This document shows, in pieces, positions 1 to 14,046 of a stretch of 64,000 bases of DNA. Every line of letters starts with the position of its first letter. Position 1 is the stretch's first letter. The notes under the pieces were generated by a model that was not told where the DNA came from, ran no database searches, and worked only from the letters and a program-made list of their open reading frames with translations. The stretch is taken from NCBI RefSeq assembly GCF_003334385.1, contig NZ_QOWN01000016.1, one strand, 5' to 3'. Made by a program: the position numbers and the translations under genes. The stretch is from Escherichia coli. GTDB taxonomy: Bacteria; Pseudomonadota; Gammaproteobacteria; Enterobacterales; Enterobacteriaceae.

Positions 1-884
<884 letters not shown>

Positions 885-930
885 TAATTTCACTATTTTC
901 AGAAGGATAATTAATCTTTCTACGTGCACG

Positions 931-984
931 AACGGTCCCCTCGCCCCTTTGGGGTGAGGGTTAGGGTGAGGGGAACCCGTTGGC
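931..984. repeat. GC-rich imperfect palindromic extragenic element (CCCCTC / GGGTGAGGG motif family)
   Basis: AACGGTCCCCTCGCCCCTTTGGGGTGAGGGTTAGGGTGAGGGGAACCCGTT in the convergent tldD/aaeR gap. Confidence 0.6.
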
Positions 985-1017
985 ACAGGTTTGTACAACG
1001 TAACAGTACAATATGAA

Positions 1018-1947
1018 TTACTTCTCTTTCCCGCGCCCGTGCATCTCCTGAAACAATTTACCGACCTCAACAAAATAATCCGTCAGCGAGTTGATCACGA
1101 CCTGTACCTTCAGCGGCAGCTTATCTTTTTCGGTATATAACGCATAAACCGGGCGTGGATCTGACTGGTAACGCGGCAGCAGGATCTCCAGCTCCCCACG
1201 ATTGATCTCGTTGATCACCCACATCAGCGGCACGTAGGCGATCCCGGCACCCGCCGTCAGCCAGCGCACCAGCGTCATCGGATCATTAGTCACAAATCTT
1301 CCTTGTGGGATCAGGCGAGTCGAGATCCCTTCCGGTGCGATCAGTTCAAATTCATTGTCGGGCCGCACGCTGTATTCAAGCCATGAATGACTACTCAAAT
1401 CGGCGGGTTTTTCCGGTATGCCGTATTGTGTGAGATAGCTTTTCGCGGCGCACACCACCATTGGCATCGCGCCCAGACGGCGGGAAAACAGGCTGGAATC
1501 CTGCAACGCGCCGACGCGGATCACCACATCCAGACCGTCGGCAATCAGGTCGGGGGCTGGAATTCCGGTAACCAGATTGACGCTCAAACCTGGGTATTCT
1601 TTCAGCATTTTGGCTGTCAGCCCGGCGAGAACATTTTGTGCCATAGTTGAAGAACAGCCAATGCGTAGCGTCCCGATGGGGGTGTTATTGAAGGCATACA
1701 GTTGCTCATGAACATCCTGCACTTCATGAAGCATACGACGGCAGCCCTGGTAGTAAATTCTACCGGCTTCGGTCAGGCCAATGCTGCGTGTGCTACGGTT
1801 TAACAGCTTTACCTGCAACTCATCTTCCAGTTTTGATACCGTCTGACTGATGGACGAAACGCTCATCTGTAGCTGTCTGGCGGCGGCGGTAAAAGAGCCA
1901 AATTCAACTACTTTGGCAAACACCGACATGCGTTTTAGTCGTTCCAT
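1018..1947 (-). CDS. aaeR: LysR-family transcriptional regulator of aaeXAB
   Basis: 309 aa ORF, divergent from the aaeX-aaeA-aaeB operon; sequence recognised as AaeR. Confidence 0.9.
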   Translation of the reverse strand: MERLKRMSVFAKVVEFGSFTAAARQLQMSVSSISQTVSKLEDELQVKLLNRSTRSIGLTEAGRIYYQGCRRMLHEVQDVHEQLYAFNNTPIGTLRIGCSSTMAQNVLAGLTAKMLKEYPGLSVNLVTGIPAPDLIADGLDVVIRVGALQDSSLFSRRLGAMPMVVCAAKSYLTQYGIPEKPADLSSHSWLEYSVRPDNEFELIAPEGISTRLIPQGRFVTNDPMTLVRWLTAGAGIAYVPLMWVINEINRGELEILLPRYQSDPRPVYALYTEKDKLPLKVQVVINSLTDYFVEVGKLFQEMHGRGKEK

Positions 1948-2129
1948 TATTCACTCTGACTTAAAAGTGATTTAGATCACATAATATAGATAACAGCATA
2001 ACAGTTACGCTAATATATTAAATATCAATCTACAGCAATGTTGCTCTCGCCCGGCTTTCCATGCCCTTCTCTGCGGCGACAGATGCTGAAAATAATAACG
2101 CCTGCTCTCTCTTTACAACCAAGGTCAAC

Positions 2130-2333
2130 ATGAGTCTGTTTCCCGTTATCGTGGTGTTTGGGCTGTCCTTCCCACCGATATTTTTTGAATTGCTTTTATC
2201 ACTGGCGATTTTCTGGCTGGTGCGCCGGGTACTTGTGCCAACAGGTATCTACGACTTTGTCTGGCATCCGGCGTTGTTCAACACCGCGCTCTATTGCTGC
2301 TTGTTTTATTTGATATCGCGACTGTTCGTTTGA
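2130..2333 (+). CDS. aaeX: Small membrane protein AaeX
   Basis: 67 aa from the internal Met ([12 protein letters not shown]...) of the 90 aa track ORF; hydrophobic; directly upstream of aaeA. Confidence 0.8.
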
Positions 2334-2340
2334 GGTTGAA

Positions 2341-3273
2341 GTGAAAACACTAATAAGAAAATTCTCCCGTACGGCCATCACGGTCGTATTAGTCATTCTG
2401 GCCTTCATCGCAATTTTTAATGCCTGGGTCTATTACACCGAATCCCCCTGGACGCGTGACGCGCGCTTTAGCGCTGACGTCGTTGCGATCGCGCCGGACG
2501 TTTCTGGACTCATTACCCAGGTGAATGTTCATGATAACCAGCTGGTGAAAAAAGGACAGATACTGTTCACCATCGACCAGCCGCGCTATCAAAAGGCGCT
2601 TGAGGAAGCGCAAGCCGATGTTGCTTATTATCAGGTACTGGCACAGGAGAAACGCCAGGAGGCCGGACGTCGTAACCGTCTCGGTGTGCAGGCGATGTCT
2701 CGCGAAGAGATCGACCAGGCCAACAACGTACTACAAACGGTTCTGCATCAGTTAGCGAAAGCGCAGGCGACCCGCGATCTGGCAAAACTGGATCTTGAAC
2801 GCACGGTGATCCGCGCGCCAGCAGATGGCTGGGTGACCAACCTCAACGTCTATACCGGTGAGTTTATTACTCGAGGATCAACGGCGGTTGCGCTGGTGAA
2901 ACAGAACTCCTTCTATGTACTGGCCTATATGGAAGAAACTAAGCTGGAAGGGGTGCGTCCGGGGTATCGTGCAGAGATCACGCCGCTTGGCAGTAACAAA
3001 GTGCTGAAAGGGACTGTTGATAGTGTTGCCGCAGGGGTCACCAACGCCAGCAGCACGCGTGACGACAAAGGGATGGCGACTATAGACTCTAACCTTGAAT
3101 GGGTGCGTCTTGCGCAACGTGTTCCGGTTCGTATTCGTCTCGACAACCAGCAAGAGAACATCTGGCCTGCGGGCACCACTGCTACAGTGGTGGTCACTGG
3201 CAAACAAGATCGCGACGAAAGCCAGGATTCGTTCTTCCGTAAAATGGCCCATCGCCTGCGTGAGTTTGGTTAA
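2341..3273 (+). CDS. aaeA: p-Hydroxybenzoate efflux pump, membrane-fusion subunit AaeA
   Basis: 310 aa with an N-terminal transmembrane segment; GTG start at 2341; recognised as AaeA. Confidence 0.9.
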
Positions 3274-3278
3274 TCACG

Positions 3279-5246
3279 ATGGGTATTTTCTCCATTGCTA
3301 ACCAACATATTCGCTTTGCGGTAAAACTGGCGACCGCCATTGTACTGGCGCTGTTTGTTGGCTTTCACTTCCAGCTGGAAACGCCACGCTGGGCGGTACT
3401 GACAGCGGCGATTGTTGCCGCCGGTCCGGCCTTTGCTGCGGGAGGTGAACCGTATTCTGGCGCTATTCGCTATCGTGGCTTTTTGCGCATCATCGGCACA
3501 TTTATTGGCTGTATTGCCGGACTGGTGATCATCATTGCGATGATCCGCGCACCATTATTGATGATTCTGGTGTGCTGTATCTGGGCCGGTTTTTGTACCT
3601 GGATATCCTCGCTGGTACGAATAGAAAACTCGTATGCGTGGGGGCTGGCCGGTTATACCGCGCTGATCATTGTGATCACCATTCAGCCGGAACCATTGCT
3701 TACGCCGCAGTTTGCCGTCGAACGTTGTAGCGAGATCGTTATCGGTATTGTGTGTGCGATTATGGCGGATTTGCTCTTTTCTCCGCGATCGATCAAACAA
3801 GAAGTGGATCGAGAGCTGGAAAGTTTGCTGGTCGCGCAATATCAATTAATGCAACTCTGTATCAAGCATGGCGATGGTGAAGTTGTCGATAAAGCCTGGG
3901 GCGACCTGGTGCGACGCACCACGGCGCTACAAGGCATGCGCAGCAACCTGAATATGGAATCTTCCCGCTGGGCGCGGGCCAATCGACGTTTAAAAGCGAT
4001 CAATACGCTATCGCTGACGCTGATTACCCAATCCTGCGAAACTTATCTTATTCAGAATACGCGCCCGGAATTGATCACTGATACTTTCCGCGAATTTTTT
4101 GACACGCCGGTAGAAACCGCGCAGGACGTCCACAAGCAGCTCAAACGCCTGCGGAGAGTTATCGCCTGGACCGGGGAACGGGAAACGCCTGTCACCATTT
4201 ATAGCTGGGTCGCGGCGGCAACGCGTTATCAGCTTCTCAAGCGCGGCGTTATCAGTAACACAAAAATCAACGCCACCGAAGAAGAGATCCTGCAAGGCGA
4301 ACCGGAAGTAAAAGTAGAGTCAGCCGAACGTCATCATGCAATGGTTAACTTCTGGCGAACCACACTTTCCTGCATTCTGGGCACGCTTTTCTGGCTGTGG
4401 ACGGGCTGGACTTCCGGCAGTGGTGCAATGGTGATGATTGCGGTAGTGACGTCACTGGCAATGCGTTTGCCGAATCCACGCATGGTGGCGATCGACTTTA
4501 TCTACGGGACGCTGGCCGCGCTGCCGTTAGGGCTGCTCTACTTTTTGGTGATTATCCCTAATACCCAACAGAGCATGTTGCTGCTGTGCATTAGCCTGGC
4601 AGTGCTGGGATTCTTCCTCGGTATAGAAGTACAGAAACGGCGACTGGGCTCGATGGGGGCACTGGCCAGCACCATAAATATTATCGTGCTGGATAACCCG
4701 ATGACTTTCCATTTCAGTCAGTTTCTCGACAGCGCATTAGGGCAAATCGTCGGCTGTGTGCTCGCGTTCACCGTTATTTTGCTGGTGCGGGATAAATCGC
4801 GCGACAGGACCGGACGTGTACTGCTTAATCAGTTTGTTTCTGCCGCTGTTTCCGCGATGACTACCAATGTGGCACGTCGTAAAGAGAACCACCTCCCGGC
4901 ACTTTATCAGCAGCTGTTTTTGCTGATGAATAAGTTCCCAGGGGATTTGCCGAAATTTCGCCTGGCGCTGACGATGATTATCGCGCACCAGCGCCTGCGT
5001 GATGCACCGATCCCGGTTAACGAGGATTTATCGGCGTTTCACCGACAAATGCGCCGCACAGCAGACCATGTGATATCTGCCCGTAGCGATGATAAACGTC
5101 GTCGGTACTTTGGCCAGTTGCTGGAAGAACTGGAAATCTACCAGGAAAAGCTACGCATCTGGCAAGCGCCACCGCAGGTGACGGAACCGGTAAATCGGCT
5201 GGCGGGGATGCTCCATAAGTATCAACATGCGTTGACCGATAGTTAA
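3279..5246 (+). CDS. aaeB: p-Hydroxybenzoate efflux pump subunit AaeB
   Basis: 655 aa multi-pass membrane protein 5 bp downstream of aaeA; recognised as AaeB. Confidence 0.9.
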   Translation: MGIFSIANQHIRFAVKLATAIVLALFVGFHFQLETPRWAVLTAAIVAAGPAFAAGGEPYSGAIRYRGFLRIIGTFIGCIAGLVIIIAMIRAPLLMILVCCIWAGFCTWISSLVRIENSYAWGLAGYTALIIVITIQPEPLLTPQFAVERCSEIVIGIVCAIMADLLFSPRSIKQEVDRELESLLVAQYQLMQLCIKHGDGEVVDKAWGDLVRRTTALQGMRSNLNMESSRWARANRRLKAINTLSLTLITQSCETYLIQNTRPELITDTFREFFDTPVETAQDVHKQLKRLRRVIAWTGERETPVTIYSWVAAATRYQLLKRGVISNTKINATEEEILQGEPEVKVESAERHHAMVNFWRTTLSCILGTLFWLWTGWTSGSGAMVMIAVVTSLAMRLPNPRMVAIDFIYGTLAALPLGLLYFLVIIPNTQQSMLLLCISLAVLGFFLGIEVQKRRLGSMGALASTINIIVLDNPMTFHFSQFLDSALGQIVGCVLAFTVILLVRDKSRDRTGRVLLNQFVSAAVSAMTTNVARRKENHLPALYQQLFLLMNKFPGDLPKFRLALTMIIAHQRLRDAPIPVNEDLSAFHRQMRRTADHVISARSDDKRRRYFGQLLEELEIYQEKLRIWQAPPQVTEPVNRLAGMLHKYQHALTDS

Positions 5247-5250
5247 GTCA

Positions 5251-5278
5251 AAACCGACGCCAAAAGCGTCGGTTTTTT
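5251..5278 (+). terminator. Intrinsic terminator after aaeB
   Basis: Hairpin ACCGACGC-caaaa-GCGTCGGT followed by a T-run, immediately after the aaeB stop. Confidence 0.75.
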
Positions 5279-5337
5279 CATGGCTATACTTAGCGATGCA
5301 CGGCAGAACTCGCCGCGAAACGTGACGGTGGCAACAG

Positions 5338-5610
5338 ATGAATATTTATACCTTTGATTTTGATGAGATTGAGAGTCAGGAGGATTTTTATCGTGACTTT
5401 AGCCAAACCTTTGGTCTGGCGAAAGATAAGGTACGCGATCTCGACTCACTATGGGATGTGTTAATGAACGATGTCCTGCCGCTACCACTTGAGATTGAAT
5501 TTGTTCATCTGGGAGAGAAAACGCGTCGCCGTTTTGGCGCGTTAATATTGCTGTTTGATGAGGCAGAGGAAGAGCTGGAAGGGCATTTGCGTTTTAATGT
5601 TCGTCATTAG
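5338..5610 (+). CDS. yhcO: Barstar-like small protein YhcO
   Basis: 90 aa acidic ORF; recognised as YhcO; the barstar-like assignment is from memory of the family. Confidence 0.75.
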   Translation: MNIYTFDFDEIESQEDFYRDFSQTFGLAKDKVRDLDSLWDVLMNDVLPLPLEIEFVHLGEKTRRRFGALILLFDEAEEELEGHLRFNVRH

Positions 5611-5613
5611 CGC

Positions 5614-5638
5614 AAAAAAAAGCCCCCGAACCGGGGGC
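5614..5638 (-). terminator. Intrinsic terminator for yhcN (minus strand)
   Basis: Hairpin GCCCCCG-aa-CCGGGGGC with an 8 nt A-run on the plus strand, which is a U-run after the stem on the minus strand. Confidence 0.65.
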
Positions 5639-5665
5639 AATATCGTCGGACAAGACGATGAGGGT

Positions 5666-5929
5666 TTATTTGTACAGTTCAGCCGTAGCGTGCCAGGTGT
5701 CACCGCTACGAGCTTCAGTAATCTGGTAGGCCGTTGCGCCTTTCTCTTCCGCTTTTTTGTTCAGCATTTCACGCATATCCATTGGCGAAGACGCCACACC
5801 ACTTACGGATACGGTCCCGATTGCTTCACGATTTTGTGCTTGTGCAGCATCAATGGAGTCGGCAGCGAATGCACCGAAAGAGAGAACAGAAAGTACGCTT
5901 AATGCAGCAACAGTGGTTTTGATTTTCAT
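5666..5929 (-). CDS. yhcN: Periplasmic stress-induced protein YhcN (YdgH/BhsA/McbA-like family)
   Basis: 87 aa from the internal Met (MKIKTTVAALSVLS...) with a signal peptide; the track ORF is N-terminally over-extended. Confidence 0.8.
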   Translation of the reverse strand: MKIKTTVAALSVLSVLSFGAFAADSIDAAQAQNREAIGTVSVSGVASSPMDMREMLNKKAEEKGATAYQITEARSGDTWHATAELYK

Positions 5930-6293
5930 GATTTTTACCTCGACATAATCTTTTAGCTGGGCCTTTGTTTCGTGACCCATATCACAAAATCAAGTATACA
6001 CTAATTATTGAGCTAATTAATACCGCGCTAACTGTTTCAGTTGATACTAAGTGTTAAAAATGTGAATTTTAATAACAAAAAAGAATTAAAAATACGGTTA
6101 TTTATCGTTAATTCTAGTTTTTTCAATTAGATAATGAATTTTGCATAATGTGCTTTTTTTACCTTATGTATTCATTGTGTGAATGACATGTCGCAGTAAA
6201 ACGCACTATTCGTTAAATTAATCGCAGGGGAAAGCAGGGGGTTGAGAGGGATAAGCAACATTTTCCCCGCCGTCAGAAACGACGGGGCAGAGA

Positions 6294-6767
<474 letters not shown>

Positions 6768-6790
6768 TCACCCGATATGGTGGTTGATAC

Positions 6791-6825
6791 AACATTATTG
6801 TGCATACAGATGAATTTTTATGCAA
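6791..6825 (-). promoter_or_regulatory. Tandem ARG boxes (ArgR operator) in the argR promoter
   Basis: Minus strand reads TTTGCATAAAAATTCATCTGTATGCACAATAATGT, two adjacent roughly 18 bp AT-rich palindromic half-site pairs resembling the ARG-box consensus, about 30-60 bp upstream of argR. Confidence 0.6.
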
Positions 6826-7123
6826 ACAGTCAGCCCTGAAGAAGGCTGAAATAATGTTATGAAAGAGTGGGATTTTATCAAATTTCGTTATTGAGAAACA
6901 TGCCTGCGTCACGGCATGCAAATTCTGCTTAAAAGTAAATTAATTGTTATCAAATTGATGTTGTTTTGGCTGAACGGTAGGGTATATTGTCACCACCTGT
7001 TGGAATGTTGCGCTAATGCATAAGCGACTGTTAATTACGTAAGTTAGGTTCCTGATTACGGCAATTAAATGCATAAACGCTAAACTTGCGTGACTACACA
7101 TTCTTGAGATGTGGTCATTGTAA

Positions 7124-8137
<1,014 letters not shown>

Positions 8138-8153
8138 TTGATTAGCGGATAAT

Positions 8154-8183
8154 AAAAAACCGGAGCACAGACTCCGGTTTTTT
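8154..8183. terminator. Bidirectional intrinsic terminator between convergent mdh and degS
   Basis: AAAAAA-CCGGAG-cacag-ACTCCGG-TTTTTT: stem flanked by A-run and T-run. Confidence 0.8.
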
Positions 8184-8199
8184 GTTTTGAGCGCACGAC

Positions 8200-9267
8200 T
8201 TAATTGGTTGCCGGATATTCCTGAATGGTGACCTGCAGCGTTAACTGCTTATCATCACGCATCACTACTACAGGGATCACCGAACCAGGGCGAATTTCCG
8301 CCACCTGATCCATCGTCTCCAGAGCAGAGATGGCCGGTTTGTTATCCACCGAAATAATCAGATCGTTGACCTGAATACCCGCATTCGCCGCCGGGCCGTC
8401 AGGTGACACTTCATTAACCACGATCCCTTGCAGTTGATCTATACCACCGCCCTGCGCGTGCAGTGGTGCGATCTCACGTCCGCCGATACCAATGTAGCCG
8501 CGGATCACGCGACCATCGCGGATCAGCTTATCCATAATTTTGGTTGCTAACTGGAAAGGAATCGCAAAGCCGATACCTTCCGGCGTTTCGCCATCGTTAC
8601 TCTTATCAAACGACAGCGTATTAATGCCCATCAGTTCGCCCAGCGAGTTCACCAGCGCGCCGCCAGAGTTACCGTGGTTAATGGAAGCATCGGTTTGGAG
8701 GAAGTTTTGCCGCCCGGTCGGGTTCAGACCGATTCGACCCGTGGCACTAATAATCCCCTGGGTAATGGTCTGCCCGAGGTTGTACGGGTTACCGATCGCC
8801 AGTACTACGTCGCCAATGTGCGGTACGCGACGTGCATTAATTGGAATGGTAGGTAAACCGCCAGTGGCATTAATTTTAAGTACCGCCAGATCGGTTAGAG
8901 AGTCAGATCCCACCAGCAATGCTTCAAATACACGTCCATCCTGTAAGGCGACGATGATCTGATCGGCGTCGTTGATGACGTGTTTATTGGTGATGATATA
9001 ACCGTGTTGATCCATGATTACACCGGATCCCAGGGTGCGGATCTCAAGCTGGTTGTGAGAGTTGGTGTTCAAACCACGGTTGTAAACGTTAACCACCGCT
9101 GGCGCGGCGCGGCGAACCGCCAGATTATAGCTGGCAGGCGTCTCATCGGTACTGTCAAATTGCGGAGTGGAAAGCGGGTTAAGGCTGCGCAGCGAAGGCA
9201 TGGCAACCAGCAGAATAGCGCCGACAATTAATCCAATCGCAACGGAACGTAAGAGCTTCACAAACAT
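8200..9267 (-). CDS. degS: Inner-membrane serine endoprotease DegS
   Basis: 355 aa with an N-terminal transmembrane anchor, trypsin-like domain and one PDZ domain; recognised as DegS. Confidence 0.95.
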   Translation of the reverse strand: MFVKLLRSVAIGLIVGAILLVAMPSLRSLNPLSTPQFDSTDETPASYNLAVRRAAPAVVNVYNRGLNTNSHNQLEIRTLGSGVIMDQHGYIITNKHVINDADQIIVALQDGRVFEALLVGSDSLTDLAVLKINATGGLPTIPINARRVPHIGDVVLAIGNPYNLGQTITQGIISATGRIGLNPTGRQNFLQTDASINHGNSGGALVNSLGELMGINTLSFDKSNDGETPEGIGFAIPFQLATKIMDKLIRDGRVIRGYIGIGGREIAPLHAQGGGIDQLQGIVVNEVSPDGPAANAGIQVNDLIISVDNKPAISALETMDQVAEIRPGSVIPVVVMRDDKQLTLQVTIQEYPATN

Positions 9268-9356
9268 GATGGAGGCGTCATTAAAAAAGGGAACGGCAGC
9301 AGCATACCACGAGTTAACCGGACATCACACGTAAGCCTGATGCCCGGTTTACGACA

Positions 9357-10724
9357 TTAACGCATCAGCAGATAGATGCTTTCATTGCCGCGTACAATTT
9401 GCAGGGCGATGATGGCCGGTTTTGCCGCCAGCACTTTACGCATTTCAGCAATCGAGTTCACCCGATCGCGGTTGACGCCAATGATCACATCGTCTTTTTG
9501 CAAGCCAGCCTGAGCAGCTGGGCTTCCTTTGACAACTTCATCGATTTTAATACCTTTGCCGCCATCTTTTAGCTGACCATCGCTCAACGTTGCACCTTCC
9601 AGCGCTGGCGTGATCATTTCAGCGCTGGCCGACGAAGAGGTGCTGGTATCGAGCGTCACTTCTACTTCCAGTGGTTTGCCGTTACGCAGCAGGCCAAGCT
9701 TCACTTTCGTGCCCGGCTCGGTGGTCGCGATACGAGAGCGCAACTCAGCAAAGCTATTCAGCGGTTTGCCGTTGAGGCTGGTAATAATATCGCCCGCTTT
9801 GACGCCCGCTTTTGCCGAGCCAGAACCTGGCAACACTTCGCTGACAAACGCGCCACGCTGCACGTCAAGGTTGAAGGCTTTGGCGATATCGGCACTCATC
9901 TCGGTGCCTTTGATGCCTAACAAACCGCGTTTGATTTCACCAAAGTCGATAAGCTGCTGCGCCAGTGTTCGCGCCATATTACTGGGGATGGCAAATCCAA
10001 TCCCGACGCTCCCGCCGCCAGGCGCAAGGATTGCAGTGTTGATGCCAATTAACTCACCGTTAAGGTTTAATAGTGCACCGCCGGAGTTACCGCGGTTAAT
10101 GGAAGCATCTGTCTGGATAAAGTTTTCCAGACCTTCAAGATTCAACCCGCTGCGGCCTAATGCGGAAACAATGCCAGAGGTGGCGGTTTGCCCAAGGCCA
10201 AATGGGTTACCGACCGCTACGGCAAAATCACCGACGCGCAATTTATCGGAGTCGGCAATAGCGATTTGCGTTAATTTGCTCGGGTTTTGAATTTGTAACA
10301 GGGCGATATCGCTCTGGTCATCGCTACCAATCAGTTTTGCATCAAACTCGCGCCCATCATTGAGCTGAATACTGATTTTCTGTGCCTGATTAATCACATG
10401 GTTGTTGGTCAGCACATAGCCTTTACTGGCGTTGATGATGACACCGGAGCCTAAACCTTCGAAGGGTTGTGCAGGTTGATCCGGTAAATCATCACCAAAA
10501 AACTTTTTGAATTCTTCCGGGATTTTCTGTCCCTGACTGGCCGTTCCTTCCACCCGTACGCTCACCACTGCCGGAAGCACTTTTTCCAGCATTGGAGCCA
10601 GACTGGGGAGAGGGGCCTGATCGGCAACCTGGCCTGGAATCGACGCGACGGCCTGAAATGACGCCGAGAGAGTTAACCCGACACTTAACGCTAATGCACT
10701 CAACAGCTGGGTTTGTTTTTTCAT
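9357..10724 (-). CDS. degQ: Periplasmic serine endoprotease DegQ
   Basis: 455 aa from MKKQTQLLSALALS (signal peptide) with a protease domain and two PDZ domains; the track ORF is over-extended by 14 codons. Confidence 0.95.
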   Translation of the reverse strand: MKKQTQLLSALALSVGLTLSASFQAVASIPGQVADQAPLPSLAPMLEKVLPAVVSVRVEGTASQGQKIPEEFKKFFGDDLPDQPAQPFEGLGSGVIINASKGYVLTNNHVINQAQKISIQLNDGREFDAKLIGSDDQSDIALLQIQNPSKLTQIAIADSDKLRVGDFAVAVGNPFGLGQTATSGIVSALGRSGLNLEGLENFIQTDASINRGNSGGALLNLNGELIGINTAILAPGGGSVGIGFAIPSNMARTLAQQLIDFGEIKRGLLGIKGTEMSADIAKAFNLDVQRGAFVSEVLPGSGSAKAGVKAGDIITSLNGKPLNSFAELRSRIATTEPGTKVKLGLLRNGKPLEVEVTLDTSTSSSASAEMITPALEGATLSDGQLKDGGKGIKIDEVVKGSPAAQAGLQKDDVIIGVNRDRVNSIAEMRKVLAAKPAIIALQIVRGNESIYLLMR

Positions 10725-10877
10725 TATTCCTGCTCTCGTACCTGAATGATAAGAAAAGAGATTCAAAACAGTTTGATGTTATTGAATTTTCAGACGGCTA
10801 ACAATGAGACACCAGATTAAATGATAGTCGGGGAGGGAGAGAAGAGGAGGGCGCAATGGCTGCGCCCGAAAAATAAA

Positions 10878-11276
10878 TTAGTCGCGCTTCGCGCCAGTAC
10901 GCAGCAGGCCGGATGCGCCTTCAGAATAGTCGCGAGGCATCTGCACCGGTGCCTGATCGTTGCTGGCTTCAGACTCTGCCAGACGATTACGGAACGGGTT
11001 TGCTTCAGCAGACAGTTCCGGCAGCAGGCTGCTGGAGCTTTTTGCCATGTGCTGATACAGCTGGCGATAGTCGTGCGCCATGGTATCCAGTAATTCCGCG
11101 CTGCGGGCAAAGTGGCTAACCAGCTCTTCGCGATACTCGTCCAGTTCAGCTTTATTCTTTTCCAGTTCGTACTGCAACGCCTGTTGCTGGCGTAGTTTAC
11201 GATTACCAAAACGCATGGCCACAGCACCAATAATGATGCCGACGACTAACCCAATTAGCGCATATTCCCAGGTCAT
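10878..11276 (-). CDS. zapG: Z-ring associated inner-membrane protein ZapG (YhcB)
   Basis: 132 aa from MTWEYALIGLVVG with an N-terminal transmembrane helix and coiled coil; recognised as YhcB. Confidence 0.85.
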   Translation of the reverse strand: MTWEYALIGLVVGIIIGAVAMRFGNRKLRQQQALQYELEKNKAELDEYREELVSHFARSAELLDTMAHDYRQLYQHMAKSSSSLLPELSAEANPFRNRLAESEASNDQAPVQMPRDYSEGASGLLRTGAKRD

Positions 11277-11469
11277 GAACATCTCCCGTTGTCTTTTGTT
11301 TCCGTAGGGTGTTGGCTTCAGGCTCCATGCCTGCGGCTGATTATGCCACTATAACCGTTAATTCCACAGAAGTGGAATCCCGACTGCATATCGCGTAGTG
11401 TAGAACGGCCTTTTTTTCGTCAACCGTGAACAACGGCGCACCGATTATTCAAGGAATAACAATAAGATC

Positions 11470-12597
11470 ATGCAAAGCGTTACCCCAACATCGCAATACC
11501 TGAAGGCGCTTAATGAAGGCAGCCATCAACCCGACGACGTTCAAAAAGAGGCCGTCAGCCGCCTGGAAATTATTTATCAGGAACTCATCAATAGCACGCC
11601 ACCAGCCCCCAGGACGAGTGGGCTAATGGCGCGGGTCGGTAAGCTGTGGGGTAAACGCGAAGACATAAAGCATACGCCAGTGCGTGGCTTATATATGTGG
11701 GGCGGTGTAGGACGCGGGAAAACCTGGCTGATGGACCTTTTCTATCAAAGCCTGCCGGGAGAGCGGAAACAGCGCCTGCACTTTCACCGTTTTATGCTGC
11801 GGGTGCATGAAGAGCTAACTGCCTTACAGGGGCAGACCGATCCGCTGGAAATTATTGCCGATCGCTTTAAAGCCGAAACTGACGTGCTCTGTTTTGACGA
11901 ATTTTTTGTTTCTGATATTACCGATGCCATGCTACTTGGCGGTCTGATGAAAGCCCTGTTCGCTCGCGGTATTACCCTGGTAGCGACGTCAAATATTCCG
12001 CCGGATGAACTTTATCGAAATGGCCTGCAACGTGCGCGTTTTCTGCCTGCAATCGATGCCATTAAACAGCATTGTGATGTAATGAACGTGGACGCTGGTG
12101 TTGATTATCGTCTGCGTACACTCACTCAGGCGCATCTGTGGCTTTCGCCACTTCACGATGAAACCCGGGCGCAAATGGATAAACTATGGTTGGCGCTGGC
12201 GGGGGGGAAACGAGAAAATTCACCGACGTTAGAAATCAACCATCGGCCATTAGCAACAATGGGCGTCGAGAACCAGACGCTGGCGGTCTCTTTTACTACG
12301 CTGTGCGTCGACGCCCGCAGTCAGCATGACTATATTGCGCTCTCACGTCTCTTTCATACGGTCATGTTGTTTGATGTACCAGTTATGACGCGGTTGATGG
12401 AGAGCGAAGCGCGGCGCTTTATTGCGCTGGTGGATGAGTTTTACGAGCGCCATGTCAAATTAGTGGTGAGTGCAGAAGTGCCGCTGTATGAAATTTATCA
12501 GGGCGATCGGCTGAAGTTTGAGTTCCAGCGTTGCCTGTCACGTCTGCAAGAGATGCAAAGCGAAGAGTATCTGAAGCGCGAGCATTTGGCGGGTTAA
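11470..12597 (+). CDS. zapE: Cell division ATPase ZapE (AFG1-like, YhcM)
   Basis: 375 aa with Walker A GVGRGKT; recognised as YhcM/ZapE. Confidence 0.9.
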   Translation: MQSVTPTSQYLKALNEGSHQPDDVQKEAVSRLEIIYQELINSTPPAPRTSGLMARVGKLWGKREDIKHTPVRGLYMWGGVGRGKTWLMDLFYQSLPGERKQRLHFHRFMLRVHEELTALQGQTDPLEIIADRFKAETDVLCFDEFFVSDITDAMLLGGLMKALFARGITLVATSNIPPDELYRNGLQRARFLPAIDAIKQHCDVMNVDAGVDYRLRTLTQAHLWLSPLHDETRAQMDKLWLALAGGKRENSPTLEINHRPLATMGVENQTLAVSFTTLCVDARSQHDYIALSRLFHTVMLFDVPVMTRLMESEARRFIALVDEFYERHVKLVVSAEVPLYEIYQGDRLKFEFQRCLSRLQEMQSEEYLKREHLAG

Positions 12598-12728
12598 AAC
12601 CTGTCACAAATCACAAAAAGGGGTCGATCTTTGACCCCGACTTCTCTATAATCCTGCGACCCCACGTTACAAGAAAGTTTTTTTCCCAAAACTTTTTGTG
12701 TGCTGGCATAGGCTATTCGAAGGGGTAG

Positions 12729-13244
<516 letters not shown>

Positions 13245-13256
13245 TCGGGATTATAG

Positions 13257-13652
<396 letters not shown>

Positions 13653-13684
13653 TTGGCTTCTGCTCCGGCAGAAAACAATTTTCG

Positions 13685-13711
13685 AAAAAACCCGCTTCGG
13701 CGGGTTTTTTT
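13685..13711 (+). terminator. Intrinsic terminator of the rplM-rpsI operon
   Basis: AAAAAA-CCCGC-ttcg-GCGGG-TTTTTTT about 35 bp after the rpsI stop. Confidence 0.85.
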
Positions 13712-14046
13712 ATAGCTAAAATCTGAATCAGCGTAAAAACTGGAAAGTTGCTTTTTGCTGCCACCTGACAGACAGGTAAAACAAAAACCACATCGCCAAT
13801 AAGGGACTAAGTCAACTATTTCAGACTAAAGCGCATCTCTTTTTCCCCATTTCCGGCATCGACTCACCACAATGGTCGCAAAATCTGGTAAACTATCATC
13901 CAATTTTCTGCCCAAATGTCGGGTATTGCTCATTTTTTGTTTGATTTTCGAACAAAGAGAGTCGTTCCTTATTGGGTAACACAACTTCTGACTGGCCACC
14001 TGGTGGCTGGTAGCAGTAAAAATTCTGACTATACCTGGAGGTTTTC

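Noticed and set aside
986-1001. Sigma-54-like TGGCAC-N5-TTGTAC motif in the tldD/aaeR gap.
   Set aside because: The -12 element lacks the conserved GC, no gene is positioned downstream on that strand, and it overlaps the GC-rich palindromic repeat.
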